The notes under the pieces were generated by a model. It saw only the letters and a list, made by a program, of their open reading frames with translations, was not told where the DNA came from and did not search any database. A stretch of DNA of 64,000 nt. Origin: Mobula hypostoma. Lineage: Eukaryota. Both the position numbers and the translations under genes were made by a program. Below, one piece after another: positions 40,040 to 52,679 of this stretch (its first letter is position 1; every line of letters starts with the position of its first letter). Location: contig NC_086108.1 of assembly GCF_963921235.1 (NCBI RefSeq), positions 101,248,001 through 101,312,000 of the forward strand. The letters are read 5' to 3'.

Positions 40040-43000
40040 GAGCGAAGTGCGAACGACGAGCGGAGGGAGTTAGCTCGACTGGAAGCTGGCTGTGTTTTGC
40101 TTGATGCGTGAATGTGGTTTGGAACCTGTTGAGGGAAAGAGAGTGGGGAAGGAACGGAAATTGCTGGGAGGGGGTCGTGTGGGTCCGGTAATGGCGGACA
40201 AGATAAGAGGCGGGGTTGAGGGAAAGGAAGTGGAGAAGGAGAGGGATAGAGACTTGGGACCAGAGGTAGGCAGCTGGGGAGAGGTGGATTATTGTGAAGG
40301 GAGAAATAAAGGGAATAAGGAGGTAGTGAGGGGTCGGATGAATAAAAACCAAGACAAAGGGAATAAAAGAATAAGAAATGATAGTGGAGAAAGCTCTGAA
40401 AGTGAGGAAGATGAACGAGCTCAGAGAGGAGGTGTAGTCATAATTAGGTTTAATGAGAAGGCTCAGGGGCATATGAAGAAAATTAACCCGTTTGTGCTAA
40501 CAACAACTCTGACAAATAAGATAGGGGAAATAGTATTTGCAAAAGTCCTTAATGATGGCAACTTATTGGTAAGATGTGCGAATGAGGAACAACTTGAGAA
40601 AGCACTCAAGCTAAAAGAGGTAGGAAAATGCAAGGTGGAATACACTGGGAGGGTGGGAGCACAAAATAGTGGTTGTAAAGGAGTGATCACGGGGATACCA
40701 ATGAGTATAAATGTGGTGGAGATAAAGAGGAATATTGAGAAAATTAGAAGTAACCTTTATGATTCTTCATTTAAATTTGAACAGATTTGGGGACCTTTTA
40801 TTCGATATTTTCATTTAATGTAATATTTACCCTTCTTGGTTTTTTTTCACTGTTTTTAATGGAGGTCGGGATTGAGGACGTGATTTTAAGTTTAACTCTG
40901 TTTGGTTTCAAGTTAGCCCATTGCTTTGCCTTGCTTTTAGTTAGTTGCATGGTGGGTTTTTTTTGGGGGTTTTTTTTTTCTTTCTTTCCATTGATATATA
41001 TAAAATTTAGTATACTATTATGTTATCTTGGTTTCTTATGTTTAAATTACATTGTTTGTAGTATTTTTTTTTGGTATTGATACCTTTTGGAATTTTATTA
41101 TACTTTAACATTGTATTAATGTTTATATGGCTTACCTTTTTTGTATACTTACTTAATAAAAAGATTTAAAAAGAAAGAAAGAAAAGAGGAATATCAAAGG
41201 ATGGAAAGTAATGAATGTTCAAAGACTGAAAACAACAAAGGAGGGAGTGAAAAAGGAAAGTGAATCAGTATTGATTGAATTTGAAGAAGAAAGAGTGCCA
41301 AGGAGGGTGTTCCTGGGTTTCATGAGTTACCCAGTAAGGGTGTATGTGCCAAAACCACTGAGGTGCTATAATTGTCAAAGGTTTGGACACGTGGCTAAAA
41401 ACTGTAAAAGGCAGAGGAGATGTGCTAGATGCGGGAGTGATCATGATTATGGAAAGTGCGGAACAGGAGTTCAACCAAAATGCTGCAATTGTGGAGGAGC
41501 TCATAATGTTGCATATAGTGGGTGTGAGGTTATGAGACAGGAGAATAAAATTCAAGAAATAAGAGTGAAAAGAAAGATCACTTATGCAGAAGCTGTAAGA
41601 ATGTCAAGAGAACAGAATAATGCTCCTAATGAACAGGGAGCAATAGGGATACGAGAGATGCAACCAAGAACAAATGACAGGATTTATGTAGACAAAAAGG
41701 CTCTAGTAACATTCATTGCAGGAGTGATTAATAGTACGGCTGGGGTAAAGTCAAAAAATGACAAAATTCAGCTGGTGGTCAAAGCAGCAGTAAACCATCT
41801 AGGGTTAGTAGGACTGACATGGCAGGAAGTGTGGGAGAACCTCAGTAATCAGTCAAGCCAGGAAGTGTCATGTGTTGGTTAATACTAATTATGGTGATTC
41901 TTTTACAATGGAATGCAAGGAGCTTACTGGCCAATAGCCAGGAATTCAAGCACTTTATTAAAGAAATGGTTGTAAAACCGGATGTAGTGTGTATTCAGGA
42001 AACTTGGTTGAAACCAGCTTTAGACTTTGTGGTATATGGGTATACAATGATAAGGAAAGATAGAAATCTAGGGGGAGGAGGGGGTTGTGCTATGTTAATC
42101 AATCAAGGTATACCATATAGGGTACTGGAAAAAGGAGATGATCAGGAATACATAGCGGTGGAAGTGTGGGAGAGCGGGGAGGGAGTGGTTATAATTAACT
42201 ACTACAATCCATGTAAAAGGTTGGATTTGGACAGCCTATTAAAGATACAAGGACAAAACAGACATAAAGTAGTGTGGTGTGCATATTTCAATGCTCATAG
42301 CACAATATGGGGGGATCAGATTACAGATCCAAATGGAAAGGTAATTGAAGATTTGATGGAAGAAAGGGATTTGGTGTGTATGAATGATGGTAGCGGCACA
42401 AGGATAGATATAACAACAGGAACTGAGTCAGTGTTAGATATTACGTTAGTGTCTAATACCTTGGCTGGCATTAGTAACTGGAGAGTTTGGACTGCTTCAA
42501 CAGTAGGCAGTGATCACTACCCAGTTTTGTGTTCAGTGGGTGAAAGAGTTGAAGTAAGACCAGGTGGCGGAACCCCAAAGTGGGTGTTTGAAAAAGCTGA
42601 TTGGGGTAAGTTCCAGAAATTGAGTGAAGAAGGGTTGACAAAGACTGATATTTCTGGAAATGTAGATGAATTAAACAGTCAGGTGACTTCAGCAATTATC
42701 ATGGCAGCAGAAGGATCTATACCTAGGAGTAAAAATAGGATGAATAGAAAACTGGTACCATGGTGGACAGAGGAATGTTGTCAGGCTGTGAAAAACAGAA
42801 ATAGAGCATTCAGGCTAGTTAAAAGAACCCATAATATGCAACATTTGGTTCAATATAAGAAAGCACAGGCAGTGGTGAGAAGAACTATACGTCAAGCTAA
42901 AAGGGCAAGTTGGAGGAGTTTTTGCGACAAGGTAGGAAGAACAACATCTGTGGGAGAGATATGGGGAATGATTAAGAGGATGGAAGGAGATAGAAGGGAA

Positions 43001-45836
43001 TGGGAATATCCAGTAATGATATCTGAGGAGGAAACTGCAGTCTCCAGTAGGGATAAGGCTGAGGTCACGGCCAAGTCATTTGTACTGATACACAGTTCAG
43101 AAAATTTGTCTGAAGAAGGGAAAGAATAATGAACCAACACCCAGATGTGTTAAGCAGGAGGGAAGGAACGGATGATATAATTGATGATCCATTTACATTA
43201 GCAGAAATGGTGAGAGCAATAAAGAGATCGAGACCAACCTCCCCAGGGAAAGATCTGATATGCTCTGTGATGCTAAAAAATCTAGGAGAAGGAGCGCTCT
43301 TGAAGTTGCTGCATTTTTATAACAGAGTGTGGGAGGAGGGAAGATTACCAAGTGCATGGAAAGAAGCAGTAGTAATTCCAATAAGGAAGCCTGGCAAGGA
43401 TCTGTCAAAACCCACTAGCTACAGACCAATTGCATTAACATCAAGTATATGTAAGATAATGGAAAGGATGATAACAGAAAGGTTATCATATGAGCTTGAG
43501 AAAAGGGGAATGCTGGCAAGTTATCAGAGTGGTTTTAGAAAGGGAAGGAATTCCATGGACTCAGTGATAATGTTAGAGACTGAAATAAGGAAGGCCCAGG
43601 CAAATAGAGAGTCAGTAGTGGCAGTGTTCTTTGACATTGAAAAAGCCTATGATATGATGTGGAAGGAAGGATTATTAATTAAACTGCACAAGATGGGGGT
43701 TGGTGGGAGAGTTTTTAATTGGATTAAAGATCTTTTGTTTGGTAGAAAAATTCAAGTTCGGATTGGATCAGAATTATCAAAACAGTACATAGTGGAAAAT
43801 GGCACACCTCAAGGTAGTGTGATTAGCCCGTTACTTTTCATCATTATGATCAATGATGTCTTTACAAAGGTACCAGTGGATATAGGTAGGTCACTGTTTG
43901 TGGATGATGGGGCCTTGTGGAAAAGAGGCAGGAACATGGACCATATAATCAGGAAACTACAAGAAGCAATTGATGAAGTGGTGGAGTGGGGTTATGATTG
44001 GGGATGTAGATTTTCAGTAGATAAAACTCAAACTGTATTTTTTACCAGGAAAAGGGTTGAGGTAGGGAAGAAGTTAAGGATGTATGGGGTTGAATTAGAA
44101 AGGGTTGCATCATTTAAATTTCTGGGAGTTATATTTGATTCACGATTAACATGGGCAGACCATATCAGGAAAGTTGAGGAGAAATGTGAAAAAGTAATAA
44201 ATGTGATGAGATGTTTGACTGGTAGGGAATGGGGAGCAAGTTGTTCAGCTTTGAAGAGAATGTATGTGGCTTTGGTGAGATCTGTATTGGATTATGGAAA
44301 TATAGTATATGGATCAGCAGCTAGGTCTCTTATAAGGAAACTGGATGTGATTCAGGCTCAGGCCTTGAGAGTGTGCAGTGGGGCTTTTAAAACGTCACCA
44401 GTGTCAGCCCTACAGGTAGAAATGGGAATAATGCCTTTGGAACTAAGAAGGATGCAACTGATGGCAAACTACTGGGCTAACTTGCAGGGGCACAATGATT
44501 CTCACCCTACTAAAGGAGTGTTGCAGGAGTGCTGGGAAAATGGGAGGATTCAGAGGGATACCTTTAGTCGGGTAGGGAATGATATCGCGAAAGAATGTGG
44601 AGTGTTTGATCTGAGGATAAGTCCTTCAGTAGTTTATCCGGTTATAGCTCCATGGAAGCTTGTATGGCCTGACATAGGCTGGCATTTGTTAGAGGTAAAA
44701 AGGAAAGAAAGATATAAAACAGATTTGGTAAATGCATTTAACTGTCATGTGATGGAAAAGTATAGTGATTATACTCACATTTATACGGATGGTGCGAAGG
44801 AACCTGAAACAGGAGTGACAGGGTTTGGGGTGGCTATACCAGCAAAAGAAATTGGAATCAGCAGAAGAACATCTAATAAGTTAGGGATGTTTACAGTGGA
44901 GATGCGGGCAGTGTTGGTTGCGTTGCAATGGGTGCAGAAAGCCAGACAAGCCAAAGCATTGATATGTTCAGATTCATCCTCAGTTCTAGCAAGTTTAAGG
45001 TCTTTTCACACAAACAGTCGGCAAGATGTACTTTATGAAGTCCTTCAGTTAGTTACAAGAATTCCAAATCAGGGAGGTCAGCTAAAATTTCTATGGGTTC
45101 CAGCACATGTCGGGGTAAAGGGGAATGAGAGGGTGGATGAGTTGGCAAAGAGGGCATTAAAGAAAGAAAATGTGGAAATGCACATTAGTATCAGTAAAGC
45201 AGAGGTTAAGTGTGTAATCTGGGAAAAAAGTCAACCGAATGTGGCAAGAAAGATGAGACAGGGAGGGGAAAGGGAGGCATTTATATCAAATACAAAAGAG
45301 TGTTGCAGTTACTAGGGTAGGTAATGGAAACAGAAGAGAGGAAATTGTGTGGACTAGGTTAAGGCTGGGGCATTGTGCATTAAACAAAACATTGAAAATG
45401 ATAGGGAAACACCAGACAGGATTGTGTGAGGAATGTCAGGAAGAGGAGTCAGTAGAACATGTAGTTTTGTGTTGCAGGAAGTATGGGATACAGAGAGAGA
45501 GATGATAAGAAATAAATTAAGGGAGTTGGGGATGCAGGAATTTACATTAAAAGGGTTGCTGGGCATGGGTGAGAGAGCACAAGTCCGGGTATTTTTAGCG
45601 TTTTTAAGGGGTACGGGGGTTTTTTATAGGATATGACGAATAAACAGGAATAGGATACTAGGATGGTCAAAGATGGGAGGGTGAAGTGTAGGTTTGTGTG
45701 TGTAGGCGCGCGTGCACGTGATTGGGTGAAGGGATTTAGAATGTATGTCTAGTGCACATTCCGGAGCAGAGGGTGCCGGTAATGTACCATTAAGCTGGAT
45801 GCCAACCGCCGTAAAACAAGATACAGACAGACAGAC
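40040..45836 (+). mobile_element. Near full-length I/Nimb-type LINE (gag-like ORF1; APE-RT-RNase H ORF2)
   Basis: ORF1 zinc knuckles CYNCQRFGHVAKNC, CARCGSDH, CCNCGGAH; ORF2 LQWNARSL, IQETWL, GSDHYP, FFDIEKAYD, GTPQGSVISP, FVDD, RNase H YTDG..CSDS..WVPAHVGVKGNERVD, C-terminal CEEC..EH..C; (caga)n tail; TSD cttcactggccc/cttcattggccc. Confidence 0.92.
40736..41182 (+). mobile_element. L1-clade 3' end inserted in ORF1 of the I-type LINE
   Basis: EKIRSNLYDSSFKFEQIWGPFIRYF*, T-rich 3'UTR, AATAAA, A/(aaag)n tail; 12-bp TSD aaagaggaatat at 40724-40735 and 41183-41194. Confidence 0.88.
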
Positions 45837-46234
45837 CTTCATTGGCCCACTCACTCACTCACTCACTCACTTTAACACATAAAGTGACCCTCAGAGGATT
45901 CTTGCTGCAAGTTCTTGAAAAAAGGAACAGGGGTGGGTAATTCCCAGCAGGAAGCAAAATGTTGTTTCATGTAACTCCACAAAAAAATCAGCAAAGTGAA
46001 TGGGGCTTTATCTGCATCTACCAGAAAAATATATCCTGATTCAGGATTTTGACCTAAACGATTCCTTTCCTGTCTCAGATCCTGACTGCCTCATTGAGTT
46101 CCTCCAGCAGATTATTTGTTGCTCTCGATTTCAGCATTTATTGAAATAATAATAAAATAATATTCATGAAAATAAGAAAAATGCTTGATTACTTTATCAT
46201 TAAATCTTTAAATACTTACCATAAACAGATCACT

Positions 46235-48425
46235 AGGGAAAGGCTGTACTTCTACTCCCAGGGTATAAGCAGAGACTGAAGACTGTAGCACCAGTAGTGA
46301 GGACCAACAAGGTATGGACAAGGGAAGCACAGGACCGCCTACTGGACTGCTTTGAATTGGTGGACTGAACTGTATTCATGGATTTATCTTTGACTCTGGA
46401 TGAGTATGCTGCAGTTGTTACCGACTTCATTAAAACCTGTGTGGATGAGTGTGTGCCTATGAAAACTTGCTGTACATTCCCAAACCAAAAGCTGTGGATG
46501 TACCAGGAGGTATGTCATCTGCTGATGACTAGATCTGTAGCATTTAAGTCTGGTGACCCAGGTCTGTATAATAAAACCAGGTATGACTTTCACAGGGCTA
46601 TTTCAAGAACAAAGAGACAGTTCTGAGCGAGGTTAGAGGTGACATCAGATGCACAACGCCTCTGGTAAGGTTTACCAGACATTACTTCCTACAAAATGAA
46701 ACCCAATAGCATGAATGGCAGTAATGCTTCACTACCAGATGAGCTCAATGTCTTTTATGCCCGCTTTGAAAGGGAGACCATCACTCCAGCTGTGAAGAGC
46801 CCTGCTTTACACAGTGACTGTGTGATCCCTGTCTCAGAGGCTGATGTCTTTAAGGAGGTTGAACGCTCGGAAGGCGGCAGCCCTTGATGGAGTACCCAGT
46901 AAGTCACAAAAAATTGGAGCCAACCAACTGCCAGGAGTATTCAAGGACATTTTTTCAACCTCTCACTGCTACAGTCAGAAGTTCCCACTTGCATCAAAAG
47001 GACAACAATTATAACAGTGCCTAAGAAGAGTTCTGTGAGCTGCCTTAATGACTAGCGTCCAGTAGCACTCACGTCTACAGTGATGAAATGCTTTGAGAGT
47101 TTGGTCATGACTAAACTGAACTCCTGCCTCAGCAAAGACCTGGACTCTCTGCAATTTGTCTCTTGCCACAATAGGTCAATGGCAGATGCAATCTCAATGG
47201 CTCTTCACATGGCCTTAGAACACCTGGACAACACAAATACGTATGTCAGGATGCTGTTCTTTGATTATAGCTCATTTTTAACACCATCGTGCCCACAATC
47301 CTGATTGATACTGTACAGAACCTGAGCCTCTGTGCTTCACTCTGCAAATGGATCCTTGACTTCCTAACCAGAAGACCACAATCTGTGCAGATTGGTAATA
47401 ATATCTCCTTCTTGCTGACGATCAACACTGGCGCACCTCAGGGGTGTGTGCTTAGCCCACTGCTCTACTCTCTTTGTACCCATGACTGCGTGGCTAGGCA
47501 CAGTTCAAATACCATCTATAAACTTGCTGATGATACAACTATTGTTAGTAGAATCTCAGATGGAGATGAAAGGGCTTACAGGGGTGAGATATAGCAGCTA
47601 GTTGAGTGGTGTCGCAGCAACAATCTTGCACTCAACATCAGTAAGATAAAAGACCTGATTATGGACTGCAGGAAAAGTAAGATGAAGGAACATGAACCAA
47701 TTCAAGTAGAGGGATCAGAAGTGGAGAGAGTGAGCAGTTTCAAGTTCCTGGGTGTCAAGATCTCTGAGAATCTAACCTGGTCCCAACATATCGATATAGC
47801 TATAAAGGGGGCAAGATGACAGCTATATTTTATTAGGAGTTTGAAGGGATTTGGTGTATCAACTGAAGCATTTGAAAACTTCTATAGATATACTATGGAG
47901 AACATTCTGACAGGCTGTATCACTGTATGGTATGGTATGGGGATGGGGGGGGCTACTGCACAGGACCAAAAGATGCTGCTGGAAGTTGTAAAATTAGTCA
48001 GCTCCATCTTGCGTATTAACCATAGTACTCAAGACAACTTCAAGGAGTGGTGCCTCAGAGAGGCAGTGTCTATTATTAAGGACCCCCATCACCCAGGAAA
48101 TGCCCTCTTCTCATTGTTACGGTTAGGAAGGAGGTATAGAAGCCCGAAGTCACAAACTTTGATTCAGGAACCGTTTCTTCCCCTCTGTCATATGATTCCT
48201 AAATGGACATTGAATCTTTGGACACAACATCACTTTTTTTTTAATATACATTCTTTATGTTTTTGCATTATTTTTAATCTATTCAATATACAAATTTAGT
48301 GTAATCAATTTATTTATTTATTTTCTTTCAATATTATCGTGTATTGCATTGAACTGCTGCGGCTGAGTTAACAATTTTTATGACACATACCAATGATAAT
48401 AAACCAGATTCGGATTCTGATTCGA
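46235..48425 (+). mobile_element. Rex1/Babar-type LINE, decayed
   Basis: [43 protein letters not shown]; gattctgattc tail. Confidence 0.9.
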
Positions 48426-48817
48426 ATAATAAAAATATTTATTACTTTGATAATACATTTACTTTGAACTGAGAACTTTTGCAGCCTTTTGTGTCTCCAG
48501 GCATTAGTGTCTGCAATCTGCTGCATGTGGGATCTCCCTGAATGTCTAGGCCTCAAAATAAGATTTGGGAATGGGAGCATTGAAGTAGGGGTGGGTGTGG
48601 TGGGAAGTGGAGGACAGGCTGTGGGTGCTGTGAGGGAGGGTAGGAGGGTAATATTTTTACCAGATTTGCGTGCGTGCGTATGTGTGTGTGTTCAGATTGA
48701 ACTGAGACAATGCTGAGAAGGATCAATATAGGATTAACGACCAATTTTATTTGCCATATACATTTACGTGTATGAGGAATTTGCTCTGGTGTGTTGGTCA
48801 GACTTGGTCAGGTGGGT

Positions 48818-49992
48818 CAGCTCAGCACTTAACACCATCATTCCAACAATCCTGATTGAGAAGTTGCAGAACCTGGGCCTCCATACCTCCCTCTGCAACT
48901 GGATCCTCAACTTCCTAACCGGAAGACCACAGTCTGTGCGAATTGGTGATAACATATCCTCCTCGCTGACGATCAACACTGGTGCACCTCAGGGGTGTGT
49001 GCTTAGCCCACTGCTCTACTCTCTGTATACACATGACTGTGTGGCTAGGCATAGCTCAAATACCATCTACAAATTTGCTGACGATACAACCATTGTTGGT
49101 AGAATCTCAGATGGAGATGAGAAGGCGTACAGGAGTGAGATATGCCAACTAGTGGAGTGGTGCCACAGCAACAACCTGGTCTTCAACGTCAGTAAGATGA
49201 AAAGAGCTGATTGTGGACTTCAGGAAGGTAAGATGAAGGAACACATACCAATCCTTATAAAGGGATCAGAAGTGAAGAGAGTGAGCAGCTTCAGATTCCT
49301 GGATATCAAGATCTCTGAGAATCTAACCTGGTCCCAACATATCAATGTAGTTATAAAGAAGGCAAGACAGCGACTATACTTTATTAGGAGTTTGAAGAGA
49401 TTTGGCATGTCAACAAATACACTCAAAAACTTCTATAGATGTACCGTGGAGAGTATGCTGACAGGCTGCATCACTGTCTGGTATGGAGGGGCTACTGCAC
49501 AGGACCAAAAGAAGCTGCAGAAGGTTGTAAATCTAGTCAGCTCCACCTTGGGTATTAGTCTACAAAGTACCCAGGACATCTTCAGGAAGTGGTGTCTCAG
49601 AAAGGTAGCGTCCATTATTAAGGACCTCCAGCACCCAGGGCATGCCCTTTTCTCACTGTTACCATCAAGCAGGAGGTACAGCAACCTGAAGTCACACGCT
49701 CAGCGATTCAGGAACAGCTTCTTCCTCTCTGCCATCCGATTCCTAAATGGATAATGAATCTTTGGACACAACCTTACTTTTTTTAAATATACAGTATTTC
49801 TGTTTTTGCACGTTTTTAAAAATCTATTCAATATATGTAATTGATTTACTTGTTTATTTATTATTATTATTATTTTATTTATCATTATAATATTTTTTCT
49901 CTGCTAGATTATATATTGCATTGAACTGCCGCTGCTAAGTTAACAAATTTCACGTCACATGCCGGTGATAATAAACCTGATTCTGATTCTGA
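48818..49992 (+). mobile_element. Rex1/Babar-type LINE 3' half
   Basis: [21 protein letters not shown]...KFADDTT...RFRNSFF; (gattct)n tail. Confidence 0.92.
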
Positions 49993-50271
49993 TATGCAAT
50001 AAAAACCAACATTCAACAGTTATGAAGAGTAAAAAATCACATAAAAATAAAGAATTATACAGCATATAAATAAAAAAGCAAATATATTTGGAGGTTAAAG
50101 AATGGATATGGATGGGAAGAGCAGAATAAAGGAATTACTTACTAGTTTCAGACGTATATGGATTGCAAATGACTGGATCAAACTTACCGGCCTACTGCTG
50201 TTTGGAAACTTTCTCAACACTCACAACATGCTGGAGGAACTCAGCAGGTCGGGCAGCATCCGTGGAAAAGA

Positions 50272-50310
50272 TCGGTCGACGTTTCAGGACGGAACCCTTC
50301 GTCAGGACGA
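50272..50310 (-). ncRNA. Minimal type I hammerhead ribozyme motif, best-preserved copy
   Basis: Minus strand UCGUC-CUGACGA-AGGG uuccg UCCU-GAAAC-GUC^GACCGA. All core residues present, stem II 4 bp, stem I GUC/GAC plus bulged extension, palindromic ACGU in place of stem III. Confidence 0.7.
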
Positions 50311-50817
50311 GTTTCCTCCACCGTGTTGTGAGTGTTGCTTTGACCCCAGCATCTGCAGATTATTTTGTGGAAACTTTCTCATCTATCCATCCAAACAAAT
50401 TAAAAAGTGATTCAGATTTATTTATCATCTTGTATAATAAATCAGGTATTGAACTTGACCGATGATGAATATGCAGGGTAGCCGGTACGTATGCCAATAG
50501 TGTCTGTCTGGGACCTTTTTGCAACTCATTCAGATGTCACAGCTTCTGTGGATATGATGGAACAGCAATTTAATGTAAAAAATTCCCATTCTTGTATCCT
50601 GTGATAAATTGTTCCTGCTCAATGCATCACACCTAGGTAGTATACACAGCAATAAAAACATCTAAAATTTGAAATTTGTTCTTGACCTGAGGACATCATA
50701 ATGGACTACCAATGAGATGAGTGTAGGAAGTTTCTATAGGCAGCTTTTAACTAAATTGTATTATTAGTGCTGCAGTCTCTCCTCAGCTGAAAATCATTCA
50801 CCTTTACTTACTTTTAG

Positions 50818-50985
50818 GTGCTGATACTGTCAGCAATGATGGGATTTACTCTAAGTATTTCCCGAATATTACTGAACATGGAAGATACAACTTCAAGGTG
50901 CGGGCAGAGGGAAAGGAAGGGTCTACCATGACGAAAAACAGAAGAGATGGGAGTGCCATGTACATAATTGGATACACAGAAAATG
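50818..50985 (+). CDS. CLCA: CLCA-family exon G (self-cleavage-site-like region)
   Basis: cttttag|GT acceptor, G|gtaat donor, 168 nt, phase 1-1. Encodes (G)ADTVSNDGIYSKYFPNITEHGRYNFKVRAEGKEGSTMTKNRRDGSAMYIIGYTEN. Confidence 0.95.
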
Positions 50986-52679
50986 GTAATAAATATTTGG
51001 CATTTCACAATAAGACAACATGGGTTTGTTTATCATTATAGTGTCAGAGAATAATTGAGCTGTACAGCATGCAAACAGGCCCTTTGGCCCAACTTGTCCA
51101 TGCTGACTATCCGAGTGCCATTTGTCTTCATTGGTTTACATCAATCTGAGCCTTTCCTGGTTTGTGATGTAATGACAGGGTGAGCCATTGAATTGTATGC
51201 TTGCTTTGTGAACTGGTGCCCGTTCCTCCAGCAATCTTGCCTGTGTTTGTCCGGTCACTCCTTATCAGGAAGAGCACAATCCCACATCTCCACCTGCTCA
51301 GTTTAATAGGATGGTATTCAGGTAAGTCACTGTTCGTCTACAACATGCAGGCTGGTATGGATTACTGTCTGGTGTGTCCAAATTTAGAAAGAACATCAGA
51401 TGTAGAACATTACAACCCAGGGCAGGTCCATTGGGCCACAATGTTCTGCTGACCTCTTAACCTACTCTACGATCAATCTAATGCTTCCCTCCATTTTTCT
51501 ATTATCCATGTGCCTACCTAAATGTATCTTAAATATCCCTAATGTATCTGCCTCTATCGCCACCCCTGGCAGGGCATTCCAAACATCCATCACTCTCTGT
51601 GTAAGGAACCTAACTCTGACATCCCCCTACACTTTAGTCCAATCACTTTAAAATTATACTCCTTTGTATTAGCCCTTTCTGTCCAGTGGAAAAAGTCTCT
51701 GGCTATCAACTCATTGAATGCTTCTTATCATCTTGTAAACCTCTGTAAAGTCATCCCTTCATCTTCCTTCACTCCAAAGTTATACATTGTGAAGGCTATG
51801 CTACCCAGACATTGGATCCTTCAGTAAAACTCTGAAAATATGCTATTGGTCTAATTGGAAGTGCCAGTGGTCCCATATTTGACTCAGTCAGTGACATATA
51901 TTATGTTCCCCATCCACTCACTGGAGTACTGATTGGCACAATCGCTTTAAACTCATCTGGTCCTGTTTCCCGAGGTCTACTGGAGCTTTGTTTTCCATGC
52001 TGTCTATAAACTGTGTTACACAATAAAAAAAAAAGATTTAGAAGTATATTGGTGTTCGAGTAGAGTAACACCTGAAGTTCCAGAAAGATGGCAGGTGTCA
52101 TCTTTCCTGAAGGACAATACTGAAAGAGCAATGTTTCAAGATGATCACGCAGCTTCATTGTTAATTTTACTGGAACTCACCTTTTATTTAAAATTTATTG
52201 ACTTAACTAGAATTAAATTGAATGTGATTCAAACCGTCTTCCAATCATTAATCTAGTACAATCTCATCAGGCAGGCAGTAAATCTGACAGAGCAGCATTC
52301 CCACAGTTCGGTGTCAACTTAGATGCAAGTTACTGGCGGGAATTTGTGACCTTCAGGCAGGAACTTGCTGTGGGTTGAGTGAGAATAAGATGGCAGAGAT
52401 GGAGAATGGAATTATGAAGCAGCGGTGAGAAAGAAGAGGTCGGGGAAAGAAAATGGAACAAGTAGAGGAAATGCAGGTAGATCTAGAGAAGGACAAAAGA
52501 ACCACATCCTATAAGTTCTCAGCAGTTCAAGCAACATCTGTAGAGAGCGAGATACAGTGCTAACATCTCTGGCTGATGATGAGACCACCTTGCTTGATCT
52601 TTTGAGAACTTCCAGTGTTTCTGCTTCAAATACAGATTTCCAACATCCATGATACTTTGCCTTTGACAAAGGATATCAA

